Notes: a model not told the origin generated them from the letters alone. 64,000 nucleotides of DNA from Lama guanicoe (GCA_013239625.1 MU054400.1:2019345-2083344), one strand, 5' to 3'; positions 1-14,017 are shown, counted from the stretch's first letter. Numbers and translations are program-made.

Positions 1-522
1 GCAAGCACAAGAGGATTGGTTCACTGACTTGAGAACAAAAGTGTTGAATATCTTTCCTCTACCCCACCAGATATAGTCTACAACGTTCTCTTCCCTGCTC
101 TTTGCCGGGGGGACTGGCATGCATGGGCCAACTCAGCAGACCCCTAGCTCTCTGCCTTCTAGTTAGGATTGGCCAGTGAGGGGTGCCCACTAGCAGGAGA
201 TCAGAGGGCAGAAGAAGGGGAGGAGAGGTTGTTCATTGTCCTGATTCTGTCCCTGTTGGGTCAACAAGGGGTATCCATCTCTCTTCCAAAGGCCACATTT
301 CCCGTCAGACACCTCTATCCACACAGCGCTCTCTCTCCTTACCCCAGTCCAGTAGAGGCTCCCTTCCATCACCCTCTCACACACCCCGAGTTACTAAGAC
401 CAGGACACCGTCATTGCTTTAACTGACCTCACCAGCATCTCAGTTAATAATCCCTTTGTTGAACCCTTTTCAGATGACCCAACTTGAGTTGTGCTGTTTC
501 CTGCCACCACCCTGACTAGTAC
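1..522 (+). mobile_element. Old ERVL-type solo LTR fragment (LTR33-like)
   Basis: Ends ...ctgtttcctgccaccaccctgactagtaca, resembling the LTR33 3' terminus; the 5' extent is uncertain. Confidence 0.45.
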
Positions 523-1399
523 AGAAATTTAAGGTGCTTGGAAATATTTTAGGAGGAAAATCTGGGGAGAAAAGCCAGACTTTCTGCTAATCATTCTGAT
601 TTGAACTTTGAAAGAAATGTGAATTATTTTAATTTTTTTGCCTGAGCTGGTAAAGCAGAGACTAATCACAGCAATGCTTACACATCTATCCCCCTACCTG
701 CCTGGGAGCACCTGGAGGGTGACAGTATTCACCTTTGAAGTCCTGCAGACGGCAGATGGTCAAGAAATGTTAAGTGGCCACAGCTGAACTTAAGACCTTA
801 GTCAAGTGACCTCGTCTCTCCAAGCCTCAGTTTCTTCATCCGTACAACTCGATCCAGAAACCCTGAAGTGTCACCCACTCTAGGTAAGAAAAAAAGTCAG
901 TGCAGGGGTAATTGCAATATTCATTAGATAAATGCTTTTATGTCAGCTTTATTGTTTTCAAGGACACAGAGTAATATAAACTTGAGTAACAAAGGAGTTT
1001 GGGCAGAATGTCGTTGGAAGTACTTTTAATCAAATACTTTAAATGGCACATAATTAACACATTGTTTTAAAGCGAAAGGGCCCTTTAAAGGGGTGCTTCT
1101 TCCCCTTAACTAATTTACCTGAGAACAGGAACCAGATTAAGTAGCGGAGCCATGACATGTGCCACTATGGTCCAGTCTATTTGACACCGAGATACCTGCC
1201 TCATATTATTGTGACTAACTGCCAGGTTACAAAACACTGTGTACACTATGATGCCAAATTTCATAAAATATTCATACCCACTTATCTACATGGGAGGGCG
1301 AATCATTTTGGGACTGGCTGCTTGTTGCCTCACGGTGCGGGAGAGCGTGAATTTATTTTCTCCTTATTCTTTTTACAACATTTTAAAAAATTAATAAAA

Positions 1400-2130
1400 G
1401 CGCTTTCCAGCGGTGGAGGAGGTTCAGGAGGGCCCGGCCTGCAAGGACGAGGCTCCTCTGCTGCCGAGAGGGACCGCGAGTGGCGGGCCTGAGGGCCGGA
1501 CGCTCCACTTACCGGCGGGCCGCGGGCGCGGGGGCGCAGCAGGCGGGGCGGGGCGGGGCGGGGAGGCGGGGAGGCCGCAGAGCGCTGGGGGGCGGGGTCT
1601 CGGCGCTGNNNNNNNNNNNNNNNNNNNNNNNNNNNNNNNNNNNNNNNNNNNNNNNNNNNNNNNNNNNNNNNNNNNNNNNNNNNNNNNNNNNNNNNNNNNN
1701 NNNNNNNNNNNNNNNNNNNNNNNNNNNNNNNNNNNNNNNNNNNNNNNNNNNNNNNNNNNNNNNNNNNNNNNNNNNNNNNNNNNNNNNNNNNNNNNNNNNN
1801 NNNNNNNNNNNNNNNNNNNNNNNNNNNNNNNNNNNNNNNNNNNNNNNNNNNNNNNNNNNNNNNNCCGGGGGGCGGGGGCGGCCCGCGCGGGGAGGGCGGA
1901 GTCACGCGGCTCCGCCCCCCGTGGCCGGGAAGGCGGGGCGGGCCGCCCGGGAAGGCGGCGCGAAGGATCCCGAGCCTGGGCGATGGCGGCGCCCGGCGCG
2001 GTGCTAGTGATGGGAGTGAGCGGCTCCGGGAAGTAGGTTCCGGCGGGCCGGGGCGCGGGAGGCGAAGTGGGGAGGCGGCGGCCAAAGCTGCAGCCGTTCC
2101 GGACTCTCGGGGATGGGAGGACCCTGGGGA
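1400..2130 (+). promoter_or_regulatory. IDNK: CpG island / GC-box promoter of IDNK (interrupted by N gap 1609-1864)
   Basis: Very GC- and CpG-rich; tandem GGGGCGGGGC Sp1-type boxes at ~1542-1570 and GC boxes at ~1865-1945, directly upstream of the ATG at 1983. Confidence 0.85.
1983..2032 (+). CDS. IDNK: Gluconokinase exon 1 (MAAPGAVLVMGVSGSG-K, Walker A/P-loop)
   Basis: ATG at 1983; GVSGSGK(ST) P-loop of GntK-type kinases; donor AA|gtaggt at 2033; 50 nt. Confidence 0.95.
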
Positions 2131-2409
2131 GCGCCCCTCCTTTCCCTTTGCTGATGAGGAAACTGAAACCCGGGCACCTGCTCCCTCTCCCTACTTTCCA
2201 GTCTGCTCGCCTTGGAGCGCGTGGAGAAAACTAAAGTCATGCTCTAGACTCCAGGGTCAAGAGCATCCATCTCACTGCTTCAGTATCATAAGTTGTTGGT
2301 ATTTAACCCTGGTGGGTACCCCTCTACTTCTCAGGGCTTCTCAGATGGAAGGAGGCACCAAACGGGGTGGGAAAGGGCAGTCCCATGAATATCTGTGTTC
2401 TCTCCACAG

Positions 2410-2440
2410 ATCGACTGTCGGCGCCCTGCTGGCATCCGAG
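2410..2440 (+). CDS. IDNK: Gluconokinase exon 2 (K-STVGALLASE)
   Basis: Acceptor tctccacag|A, donor GAG|gtaatc; 31 nt, completes GKST in frame. Confidence 0.95.
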
Positions 2441-2833
2441 GTAATCATTCTAATGCCTCCCAGTCGCGAGTCCCATCATGTTGTCTTGTTGCTTCTCTCC
2501 CTTTCCTCCACCCTTTCTTCTGGCCTGACTGGTTTGTAAACTCGGCACAGACACATGCAGCTTGTGAAACCTAATGGAGCAATTTTTTCTTCTCGGTGAT
2601 TATAAATAGTGATGGATAAAAAAAAAAAGGATCTGAAGCAGCCCAGAGAGCAGGGATAATGAGGCAGCGTTACAAACCCCTGCACCTCGGTGGGGAGAGG
2701 GGTATCCTCGGGCTGGTGGGCAAGAGGGTGGTGGTGGTGTTTCTACACCAGCCCGTTTGTGTTAGTAACCCCAAGTGGCTGTCCCATGGTCCACCCTACC
2801 TGCCATATACATACTTTCACTTTGTTTTTAAAG

Positions 2834-2920
2834 CTGGGATGGAAATTCTACGATGCTGATGACTATCACCCAGAGGAAAATCTACAGAAGATGGGAAAAG
2901 GGATACCTCTGAGTGACCAG
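2834..2920 (+). CDS. IDNK: Gluconokinase exon 3 ([29 protein letters not shown])
   Basis: Acceptor tttttaaag|CTG, donor CAG|gtaagc; DADDYHP and KM..GIPL.D gluconokinase motifs; 87 nt. Confidence 0.96.
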
Positions 2921-5228
2921 GTAAGCTTCATTGTTTTCACTTTCCAGCACCTATGTTCCAGCTGGGTGACGCAGGTTGAGATCCCTGCAGTGCTTGATGC
3001 AGGAGTTCCTGAGTCATGAGATAACTCGTGGACAGTGCTCTGAAAGCCACGTGCATAGCAGGCCTGCCATGTATGTTAGCTTTGGCCCTGAACTGTCTAA
3101 ACTCAAGAGTCAGGAGTGATGCCACCCTCTGCCCCAGTTTGGCAGGATCTTCCAAAAACCCTTTGCTGAAGGATTGTAATCTGCAGAATGTAATCCCTGA
3201 GGGAGCAGAGGCTCCCCCATGCCTCATATGTAAGGAAGTGCATCTTCTCTTCCCAGGACCTGTCAGCCGACCACCTCACCAGACCCTGGCATCCACCCCA
3301 AAGCTACAGAGATCTTTGCAAACTCAAATCTGGCTCCCTGGAGGTCTCCCACTGATCTCAGGGTCAAGACCAAACACCTAAACTCCTGCACATGCACAGT
3401 CAGGCTGGACTGACCATGCCCTATTCAGTCCCTTTGGGTGTCCCCCCCTACTGTCTCCACTGGAGCCACCCATGGCCCCTTTCAATCACTCCTACCTCCA
3501 TGCTCCTTCCTGCCGGGCCTTTGAGTCTGCTGGTCCCACTGTGTGGAATACACTTCCCCTTTCTTCTGTTACCCTGCTGATGCTGCCCACCTCAGTTCCC
3601 CTGCCCCTTCCTCAGGGAAGCTCTCCCTGACTTACTAGGTAAAACCTCCTGTAATAAATTCTCATGGCACAAGATCCCTTATCATCCTTGGCCCAATTGC
3701 AACGTGGCATTTGATGGAGTGAGAATTTGATTAATATTTATCTCTGCAGCTAAATTTTACCTCCAAAAGGGCAGAGACTGGCCATTTCTATTAAGCACTG
3801 TATATCCCCAGTAAATATCAGAAAATACCTGTGGCATATTTGTAAGTGAATGAATGAATGAGTAGCACCTCATTCCTTTATGCACTGTCATGAGGCCCTT
3901 TCCTGGGAAGTCTCTCTCAAATCAGAGTCACAAACTATAGATTCATGGCGTGACTGACTGTGACTCAGGAGAGACTGTGAGGGCAGAGTGGAGGGCTGGG
4001 TCCACAGAGCAGCTGAGAGCAGGGTCCCATCCAGGCACACGTGCCAAGGGTGTGCAAAGGGGAGGTACAGAATGGAACTGGCCAAAGGGCAACACTGGTG
4101 TTTTCATTTTCGGTGATGTTGGCTCACCCCCAGTTACGTCCCACTGTTTTCTCTTTGTCCTGCCTTGAAGCACTGGAGTCATAAAACCACATGAGGTATA
4201 ATTCTAGAGCATTCTGAGGGTGCACTTTTTGTTTCAGGGAATGCAGCTTGAGTTTGCGATGGTTCAAGCCTTGAACCATCAAAACTTGAATAGGTAGGGA
4301 GAGGGAACCCTAAAAGAGATACAGATAATTAATTAAACATAATAATGATGTTTATTAAAGATAAGACACATAATATAGATAACCTGGCCCCACCACTGAG
4401 CTTGTGTGATCTTTGGCAATGGCTTAATCTCTCTGTGCCTTATTTTCCTCCTGTGAAGCAGGGATGTTGGCAGGACCTATTTCATTGGGTTCTTGGTAGG
4501 ATTAAATGAGATAATATAAAAAAATGTGCAGAGACATGCCTGAAGCTTTAGTAAATATCACTTCATATTGTTGTTGCTCACATCACATCTATATATACAT
4601 ACATGTAACATAAACCATTTCAGTGTAGTGTGTAAAATGTGATTGTGCCAGTGTCAGTGTATTTTTCTCCTTGGTGAGTGCAAATGAAAATTAAGGAAGT
4701 AAAGCAACCCAAGTGGATGGATTTTAAAATGGCATTTAAACATCTTTCCCCTTGTTCACCAGTGAGGTTTGTTAAGTGGGCAGTATGGAAGGGGATAGGG
4801 TGGGGAGTAGAATTCAGGAGAGGAATTTACTGTGCAAAAGAAAAGGTTATCAGTTACTGGAAGAAACATAACGAGTTACTAAATATATTTAGGGGAAGCT
4901 GTACAAGTTAGCTTGAATTTAGAGAGAAGCAGAACAGGGAGAGAAAGGGGTAGAATGGCAGATGGTTTACATTTTTCACAAGAGCACAGCAAATCTAAGA
5001 GTGAAGGGTGGGTCATAGCTTGGCTAGCACCAATGCCCTCCTGGTTGCCCTAGCAACCAGCCTCACCTTCAGGATACTGGACTGAAGATCAGTAGAGTGA
5101 TGGAGGCAGAGACACAGGTTTGTCTTGGGGTAGAGAGTCTGAGGAGAGTTTGGGGACGGTTTTGTGCTCAGAAGGCTTAGATTTGAAAGGAAAGAACCTG
5201 AGTTAAATGTACCAACGGCTCCTTAAGG

Positions 5229-5391
5229 CTATTTCAGTTAAATTTCACTTAAATGTAAATAAACCCCAGTTCCTAGGTTGCATTGTGACATTTCAAGCGT
5301 TCAGTAACCACATGTGTCTGGTGGGTATTAACACAGATGGCACAGATAGAGAACATTTCCATCAGGGCAGAAAGCTCTGTTGGACAGCGCT
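5229..5391 (+). mobile_element. MER3-like hAT-Charlie MITE
   Basis: Ends acatttccatcagggcagaaagctctgttggacagcgctg, matching the MER3 terminus. Confidence 0.65.
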
Positions 5392-7900
5392 GGTGTTGAA
5401 AGATATGCCACCAGGCTGAGATACAGTATTAGCATGATGGTGATAATAAAAATTACAAAGAATTTTCAAGCTGCCAGTCAGTGAGTCTCCTCTATGCGCC
5501 AGGTCCATACTGTCCTGGCGGCCCACAGTGACACGTGAACAGACTCCACCCTCAAAGTCTATCTGAAACAGGAGTTTTTGAGAATTTTTCCTGATTATAA
5601 ATATAGTGCTTATCCTGTATAGAAAATTTGACCAGTGTTGAAAAATTCTTTTACAGAATACATCACTCTTGGTTTCATCTTCCAAAAATATCTGCTAACT
5701 GAATTTGACTTTTTTACCCTCTTTTTTGGGGTACATATTATTTTTACATGCATTCTTTCCTCTGTGGGTTTACGTTCACTTTTGCACCAGATAAAACTCA
5801 TCCATGGCACCTTCTGCCCCCCTCCCACTTTCTTTGCCCTCTCTTTGCCTCCCTCAGTAATGCCAAATACTCTCTTCTTCCATCTGTTCCTCCAAGCTTC
5901 AACCATTGTCCCCTTCCAGAAGACACTGCTTCCCTAGATGTTTTCATCAGATCACTGGACTCTTGGGCCAAGGAAGCTTTCTCTGTCCTCATGATGCTCT
6001 GATTTACCCCTAAGTGCCTGAGCACTAGGTTGGGGGCTGGGAGTACCCTTTCCCCGCCACATCCCTGCATGTAGGGACTATCAGAAATGAGGTGACCTAG
6101 AACATCAGATCCAGCAAGTAGAAATACTCTTTGGTTTATGTTGTTTCCTCTTCTTTTCCCTAAGACTTTGTGTTCGACTTTCCTAAGTTATCATATTGTC
6201 TGTAGTAACTGTTCACACCTACAGTTCAGTGAATCTGCTGTGATATCTCCTCCATTTTGCCCGAGTTTCTGCACTTGTGAAAAGGAGATCTTTGATCACT
6301 CCCTTTTCACAAATGTCAATGAATACAAAAATTTGGAGCTCGTGTGTCCAAGTCCTCCCTAAGACCCTGACAATAAAGTCCAAATTCCTTAGCAGGTCAC
6401 TGAAGGTCTTGACCATATCCCTGATGGTGTCTCTTGACCTTCTTCACATATCAGCTCCCACACCTCCTGCTCACCAGTGCTAAGCTCCTCCCTCATCCAT
6501 TTACTCAAGAGTCTTGGGAAACCAGCTTTAATGCTCCTGGTCTTGCCCTTCCACTGCTTGGTAGGCCCTGCTTCAGTTGAAATCCTCTTTATTCTTTATC
6601 CTAGAGTCTAATCAAAATTGACCTCTTCCCCTACTGTCTTATCATAGCCCGTCTTAGTATAATTCCTTGAGCCCTCCTCACTGCCCTGTGGGTAGTTTAA
6701 TTGATCATCCACCATCATCGGGCTGTCACCCCTTTGAGGACAGGGACTGCAACATTCGTATTTATATCCCCAGTGCTCAATGACCAGGGTAGTCAGGCCC
6801 TGTCTTGCAGGCTCAACCCCTGATATTATCAACACATAGAACATGGGTTCATGTCTCATATGGGAACCCCAGGTTCACTAGGTTCCTACATAAAACCAAA
6901 ACTGCCAGCCGATTAACTTACAGGAGAAATTTAACTGCCACATGGCTCGTAACACTCACATTGATCTGATCTCAGAAACCGACATACAATCAGGCTTCTC
7001 AGTGAACATGCAATCAGAAGAGTAGGAGAGTTAGGGCTAAGGTTTCTAAAGGTTTCTAATCCCTTTATAGGAAGAAGTTTGCTACTGAGAACATGATATT
7101 CAAAGTCCTATGACCAAAACCCCATGTCCTCTGGACAGTGTTTAAATCTGCAGTGGAGGCTCCTGCCCGGGGCTTTCACATCCGTCAAGCCTCACTGGGA
7201 CAGACATGCTTCCTTTATATGTGTAAAAATATGCGGTTCAATCATAGTGATGTCTTGCTAGCCTGAGGGTCATCCTTCCTCCTTTGGATGAGTTTATTCA
7301 TCTCTGCCCCTCTCTATTAAGTGTTGATCTTTAATTTAAAGCCTTTAAGAACAAGCTTATTTCCTTTTCCAAGAGCTTAAGAAGGTTCCTCACTTTGGCC
7401 CCCATATGCTGTTAAGAAGACTCCTTAACTTTATGAAAGTTGACATCTAAACAAATCAATTATCAAACACACATACACACACACACAAAGTGTCATCATT
7501 TCTGCAACTTGAAGCTGGATGCCCACATCTGCATGTAAAACACTCTGTTTGCATGTAAAACACTTAGTCCCCTTGATCCTAAGTATACCACTTTACCAAG
7601 TATGTGGCCTGCACTGCCTTTCCTGCAGGCCTGAAGGTACCACATCTTTGTAGGACTGGATCCTAGCTGGGAAACAGCCCATCCTACTGACTGGTGAGTC
7701 TTCAAGTTCCAGTCACCCTACTCTGTTGCAACTTTCTGTTAGAGGAAATGTTTTAGAAAATATAGCCAGGAGGCTAAAAAAAATTTTTTTTAAAGATCAC
7801 CATATAAATAACAGTGTTCTTTTTCATCCCCATTAGTTCATGAATATAGTAGAAAAGCTTGGTTATGCACAATAGGAATAGAGGAGAGAAAGGAACTTAG

Positions 7901-10713
7901 ACAAGTCACCCAAAGAAGAACCCACCAAATCACAGTGTAATCACAATGACAAAAATTAACAATAAAGAGAAAATATTAAAAGCAACAAGGAAAAAGCAAC
8001 AAATAACATACAAAGGAACTCCCTGCTGATTTTTCAGCAGAAACTCTACAGGCCAGAAGAGAGTGAATGGCATGATACATTTAAAGTGATGAAAGGGAAA
8101 AACCTACAGCCAAGAATACTCTACCCAGCAAGGCTGTCCTTCAGATTTGATGGCGATCAAAAGCTTTACAGACAATCAAAAGCTAAAAGAATTCAGCACC
8201 ACCCAACCAGCTTTACAACAATGCTAAAGGAACTTCTCTAGCTGGAAAAGAAAAGGGCACAACTAGAAACAAGAAACGTACGAAATGGAAAAGCTCACCA
8301 ATAAAGGCAAACATACAGTAAAGGTAGGAAATCATCCACACACAAACTAGTAAGGAGATTAAAAGACAAAAGTAGTAAAATCATCTGTATCCACAATAAA
8401 CAAGGGATACACAAAACAATTAGATGTAAAATATGATATCAAAACCAGTAATTGTGAGGAGAGCAGAGTACAAGTGCAGGGTATTTAAAATGCATTTGAA
8501 ATTAAGAGATTAACAATTAAAAACAATCATGTATGTGTATATATATAATGACTGCTATATCAAAACCTCTGTTAACTACAAACCATATATATTAGATATA
8601 CACACAAAAAGCAAAGAGGAATCCAAACATACCACTAAAGATAGTCATCAAATCACAAGAGAAGAAAACAAAAGAAGGAGAAAAAAGACCTACAAAAACA
8701 AATCCATAACAATTAACAAAACGGCAGTAAGAATATACTTATCGATAATTACCTTAATGTAAATGAATTAATGCTCCAATCAAGAGACAAAGACTGGCTG
8801 AAAAGATACAAAAACAAGACCCATACATATGCTGCCTGTGAGAGGTGCACCTCAGATCTAGACACACATACAGATTGAAAGTGAGAGGGTGTAAAAATAT
8901 ATCCCATGCAAGTGGAAATCAAAAGAAAGCTTAGACAAAATAGACTTTAAAATAAAGACTGTTGTAAGAGACAAAAAGGACACTACATAATGGTCAAGGG
9001 ATCAGTCCAAGTAGATAATAATAATTGTAAATCTATATGCATCCAACTTAGGGGTACCTCAAAATATAAGGCATTGATGAAAAGAATTGGAGATGACACA
9101 AACAAATGAAAAGATATACTGTGTTCTTGGTTTGGAAGAAGCAGTACTGTGAATGTGGCCATACTACCCAAAGCAATCTATAGATTCAATGCAGTCCCTA
9201 TCAAATTACCAATGGCATTTTTCATAGAACTAGAACAAAATATTTTAAAAATTTGGATGGAAGCACAAAAGAGCCCAACTAGCCAAAATAATCTTGAGAA
9301 AGAAGAATGGAGCTGGTGGAATTATGCTCCCTGACTTCAGACTATACTACAATGCTACAGTAATCAAAACAGTATGGTACTGCCACAAAAACAGATCAGT
9401 AGAACAGAACAGAAAGCCCAGAAATAAACCCACACAGTTAAACTCAAAATGGATTAAAGACCTAAATGTAAGACCAGATACTCTAAAGCTCATACAGGAA
9501 AACACAGAACACTCTTTGACATAAATCACAGCAATATTTTTTTGGATCTGTCTCCTAGAGTACTGGAAATACAACAAGATAAACAAATGAGACTTAATTA
9601 AACTTAAAAGCTTTTGTACAGCCAAGGAAACCATAAACAAAATGAAAAGACAACCTATGGAATGGGAGAAAATATTTGCAAGTGATGAGACTGACAAGGG
9701 ATTAATTTCCAAAATATACAAACAGCTCATACTGCTCAACATCAAAAAAAAAAAAAAACCAATTAAAACATGAGCAGAAGGCCTAAATAGACATTTCTCC
9801 AAAAAGACACCCAGATGGCCAACAGGCACATGAAAAGATGCTCAATATTGCTAATTAGTAGAGAAATGCAAATCGGAACTACAATGAGGTAGCACTTCAC
9901 ACCAGTCAGAATGGCCATCATCAAAAAGTCTACAAATAATAAATGCTGGACAGGGTGTGGAAAAAAAGGAACCCTCCTAGACTGTTGGTGGGAATGTAAA
10001 TTGGTGCGGCCACTATGGAGAACAGTATGAAGGTTCCTTAAAAAACTAAAAATAGAGTTACCCTATGATCCTGCAATCCTACTCCTGGGCATATATCTGG
10101 AAAAGATGAAAACTCTATTTCAAAAAGAGACATGCACCCCAATGTTCACAGCAGCACTATTTACAATAGCCAAGACATAGAAGCAATGTCTAAATGTCCA
10201 TCAACAGATGAATGGATAAAGAAGATGTTGTATGTCTATATAATGGAGTATTACTCAGCCATAAAAGAGAAGGAAATAATGCCATTTGCAGCAAATTGGA
10301 TGGACCTAGAGATTATCATATTAAGGGAAGTAAATCAGACAAAGACTATCATATGATATCACTTACATGTGGAATCTTAAAAAGTGAGACAAATGAACTT
10401 ACTTATAAAACAGAACGACTCAGACATAGAGAACAAACTTACATATACCAAAGGGAAAAGAAGGGACGGGAGAAATAAATTAGAAATCTTGGGAAATAAC
10501 ATATACATACCACTACATATAAAATAAACAGTAAGGACCTACTGTGTAGCACAGGGAACTCTATTCAATATCTTGTAGTAAACTATAATGGAAAAGAATC
10601 TGAAAAAGAATATATATGTGTATAACTGAATCATTTTGCTGTATACCTGAAACTTACACAACATTGTAGATCAACGATACTTCAATTTTTTTTAAAAAAG
10701 AACAATAAAAAAA
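7901..10713 (+). mobile_element. LINE-1 in IDNK intron 3 (ORF1 3' part, ORF2 with large internal deletions, 3' UTR, A-tail)
   Basis: ORF1 C-terminal sequence (aacctacagccaagaatactctacccagcaagg), ORF2 fragments (e.g. [18 protein letters not shown]) and 3' UTR; degenerate TSD aaaggaacttag / aaaagacttag. Confidence 0.92.
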
Positions 10714-11034
10714 GACTTAGGTAAAATTGGACACTTTCGTAGAAAAATATAAATTCCTGTGGGAAAGTAGTTTTGGATGGCTGTAATTTGATGGCACAGA
10801 CAGTGCTCAGGGACACAGTCTGCTTTTTTCCCCCAAATAAAAATATAACCATGCTGATTCTAAAGCATTTGGCTTTAGAATCCAGCTTCCTGCTATCTCA
10901 AATGTTACAGTTACCAAAACTGAATCAAGAATAGAAAAACTGCATGTAACACAATGCTCATTAAAGAAATTTAATCTGTAATCAGAGATCTCTCCTCAAA
11001 AAGTCCCCAGGCCCAGACAGTTTTTCAGATGAGT

Positions 11035-11255
11035 TTTAGCTCAGACTGCTGTAACGAAACACCCATAACAGGTTGACTTCAACAATAGACATTTGTTTCT
11101 CACAGTTCTGAGGGTGACAGTCCAAGATCAGGATGCCTGCATGGTCAGCTTCTTGGTGAGTGCCCTCCTCCCAGCTTTTTACTGCATCCTTACTGGGTGC
11201 CTGAGGGGAAGGGCAGCAGAGGCAGGACAGAGCGCACAATGGTTCCCCCTTATAA
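11035..11255 (-). mobile_element. MaLR (MLT1-like) LTR fragment within an older L1 remnant
   Basis: ctgctgtaac...catttgtttctcacagttctgagg...tccaagatcagg signature; flanked by L1 ORF2-like pieces (ccaggcccagacag; ataaccttgataccaaaa). Confidence 0.6.
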
Positions 11256-12155
11256 GCCGTCCTACTTATTTTATGAAGCTACTATAACCTTGATACCAAA
11301 ATTTAATGTGAACAAGAAAAGAATGGAGGTCAGCTCTATTATATAAACGCAAAAACCCTAAATAAAATGGGAGTAGTCAGATGTTTAAGAGCATGGACTT
11401 TTAAAGATGCATCATGTTTTCTGAATATGCATCAGTGATAAAGGATGGGGACATGAGTGAGGATATGGTTGGGACAGATATAAAACCAGACTGTGAGTTT
11501 AAAATTATTGGATCTGGGTTATGAGCACCATAAAAGTTTGTTTTGTACTATTTTGTCTGTTCCTGTGTATGTTTAAAATTTCCACAATAAAAAGTTTGGT
11601 TTGTTTTTTTAATGTACTATGGCCAATCAATATTTATCCCAAGAGGATTTCTTTGTGAAACACTCTAGGGTGTCCTTTGTGAACTTCCTCTGCCTTCTCT
11701 TTGGAAAAATACAAAATTCTCATAATGCTTTCATAGGAGCTTTGTTTTGGAAGGTTTGAAAAATAGGATCGGGGCAGCTGACTTATATAAGGGCTTCTGT
11801 GAATACTTCTCCGCATTTGAGTTCAGAGGCACCTAAAGAATCATGCAGTTCAGTAAAAGATTTGTAAACTTGTCAGAAACAGGGAAAATATATTAACAAT
11901 GGGGAGATGGAGATGGGGGGGTTAGTTACATAGTGGCATTTTAGGGCAATTCTTATTGTGAGAAGAGCCTCTGATGCTTGGACTAGGAAGATGCTTTTGC
12001 TTAAATGCCCAGGGACTTGACCCTTCAGCCTTGAGTATGGCCTACTTCTCAAAAACACTGAGACCTCTCTGGACCTTAACACTGAAGAACACGATGAACT
12101 ATGTTCTGTACAAACAGTACCTGGAAAAGCCACTGTGTGTCTGTTTTCTTTCCAG

Positions 12156-12199
12156 GACAGGATTCCATGGCTCTGCACCCTGCATGACATTTTACAAAG
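12156..12199 (+). CDS. IDNK: Gluconokinase exon 4 (DRIPWLCTLHDILQ-R)
   Basis: Acceptor ttttctttccag|GAC, donor AAG|gtaaga; DR.PWL motif; 44 nt. Confidence 0.94.
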
Positions 12200-14017
12200 G
12201 TAAGAGAGCATCAGGCCTTGGACAAGTCAATGAATAAAGAAAACCCATCAGAAAGTGCAGGGCAAAAAACACTCTTGAAATCACAGCCAACCGATCCCAG
12301 AGATGGAATGCGCCTCTATCAAGTAACCAACGATTTCATATCAGCCACTGACACAACCTAATGGAATCAACCTTCTAGACAAACCCATTGTTACTCGCTG
12401 GGAGTCTTGGTCAGCTGCTGGCTTCCGAGAGCCTATTTCTTCATCTGAAAATGGAACAAATACAGTTTCTACTCACAGATTGTTGAGAGGAATTAGTGAG
12501 GTGAACAATACCTAACACATATAGTAAGTGCTGAAAAAAGTAACTGATGACAGCACTGTCATAGCCACATCTTAGCCACCACTGTTACTTCCCTCCTACT
12601 TCAGGTTCTGACAACTGCGAAGATCTGGGGTCATCTGTAAGTCCACAGATAAGTGGCCACCAGGGTTGTCCAGCTCTGTAGCACATAGCACACCTCCGAG
12701 CAAACCAAGTCTTCCCTACCCAACTGCGGGCCTGAGCCTTGGGAATCCTGGTTGGGACACGGAGGATAAAGAAGTTGCAGGGAATGGGTTCTAAATCTTG
12801 CTAAGATAAAGTCAAGTTTTATAAGTCTAAAACCATCAGGGCCATATATGATATTGGAGTATATTTATGATTTAAAATTCAGTTTGCTTTTTCCACACTG
12901 CACAGACATGGCTGGCAGCCCTGTCTTTGTATGGGCTTAGGGTTTTAATTAAGGTTTAGGGTTTCAGGGTTTGAAACCTCCTGCCCACCCGGGTCTCTAA
13001 CATAAATAGGCTTGTCAGAGATCAAATACACTGATCTGTGATAGAAGCAGAAGTGAAGCTCCTCAGGAGAGCAGATAACAGACCTCCAGGCTCAGAATAA
13101 AAAAGCTCTCACTCATGGCCCGAGGGAAGAGCTGGAAGGCTCGGGGACATAAGTTTGTTGCTGATGACTCTCCACCCACTAGGTCCCCAGTCCACACTGG
13201 CCATAGATCAAGGCAGGCCCCTTCAGAATTCTGTTTTGAACTGAACTTTCTATTAAGTACCCACTCTAGCATTTGCCCTTCACCCCTTTACTCAGTTCCT
13301 TCCTGGCCCCGGGGACGGTACACATGGGCTTGGTGGGAGCAGGGCTCACCCGCATGTACGGTCTGGGACCACACCGGATTTCTCTTATTGGTGCCTTGTC
13401 GCTTTACCTCTACTTCTGGCTCAGGTTTTTTTCCTTAGTGCATCCCTGGAAGTTTCTCACATCCCACTCACCTTGACCTCACAGGGACTGATGCTCCCTT
13501 TTCTCCTGCTTTCTCCAGCTCTGCACTGGTAACTTCCCCAGACTCTTCCAGCACACTGTAGAGTAGGAATGGAGAGAAGCCAGTTGTGGAATTCAAATCA
13601 CTGAACACCTGAGGAAGAGTCTGAGCTGAGCTGTGTGTAGGGTGCCGGCACCTGCTGGCAGCCACGCATGTCCACAAGTGGCAGCTGAGCCACATCCTAC
13701 CAAGCGGCAGTGTGTGCCGGGCACCTTGATAAACTTCCTCACCAGTTCCATGGGCAGGTACTCTGAGCAGCCCCATTTAACAGATGATAAACTGATGCTC
13801 AGGGAGGTAAAACGTTACCCAAGATGGCTCACTAGCTGAAGATCTTTACCTCAAAACCAGGACTGCCTGATACTTGGCCACTATTCGTAACGCCTTCCAC
13901 TGTCAGAGAACTAGGACTTGGAGTCCTCAAACTAGACCTGACACCAACTATTTTAAATGTCTTCACTCTTTAGCATCTCCCCCTACTTCCTTCCCTGCTT
14001 TTTTTTCCTCCCCACAG

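Noticed and set aside
1330..2085. Long ORFs (175-251 aa) over the IDNK promoter
   Set aside because: They run through the N gap and GC-rich, stop-poor sequence; only the MAAPGAVLVMGVSGSGK portion is real coding sequence.
6808..7750. Possible LTR-like segment before the intron 3 L1
   Set aside because: I could not identify termini, TSD or family by eye, so it is left uncalled.
9347..9829. 160-aa hydrophobic minus-strand ORF (and the similar 44868-45299)
   Set aside because: Antisense reading of A-rich L1 ORF2, a common artefact.
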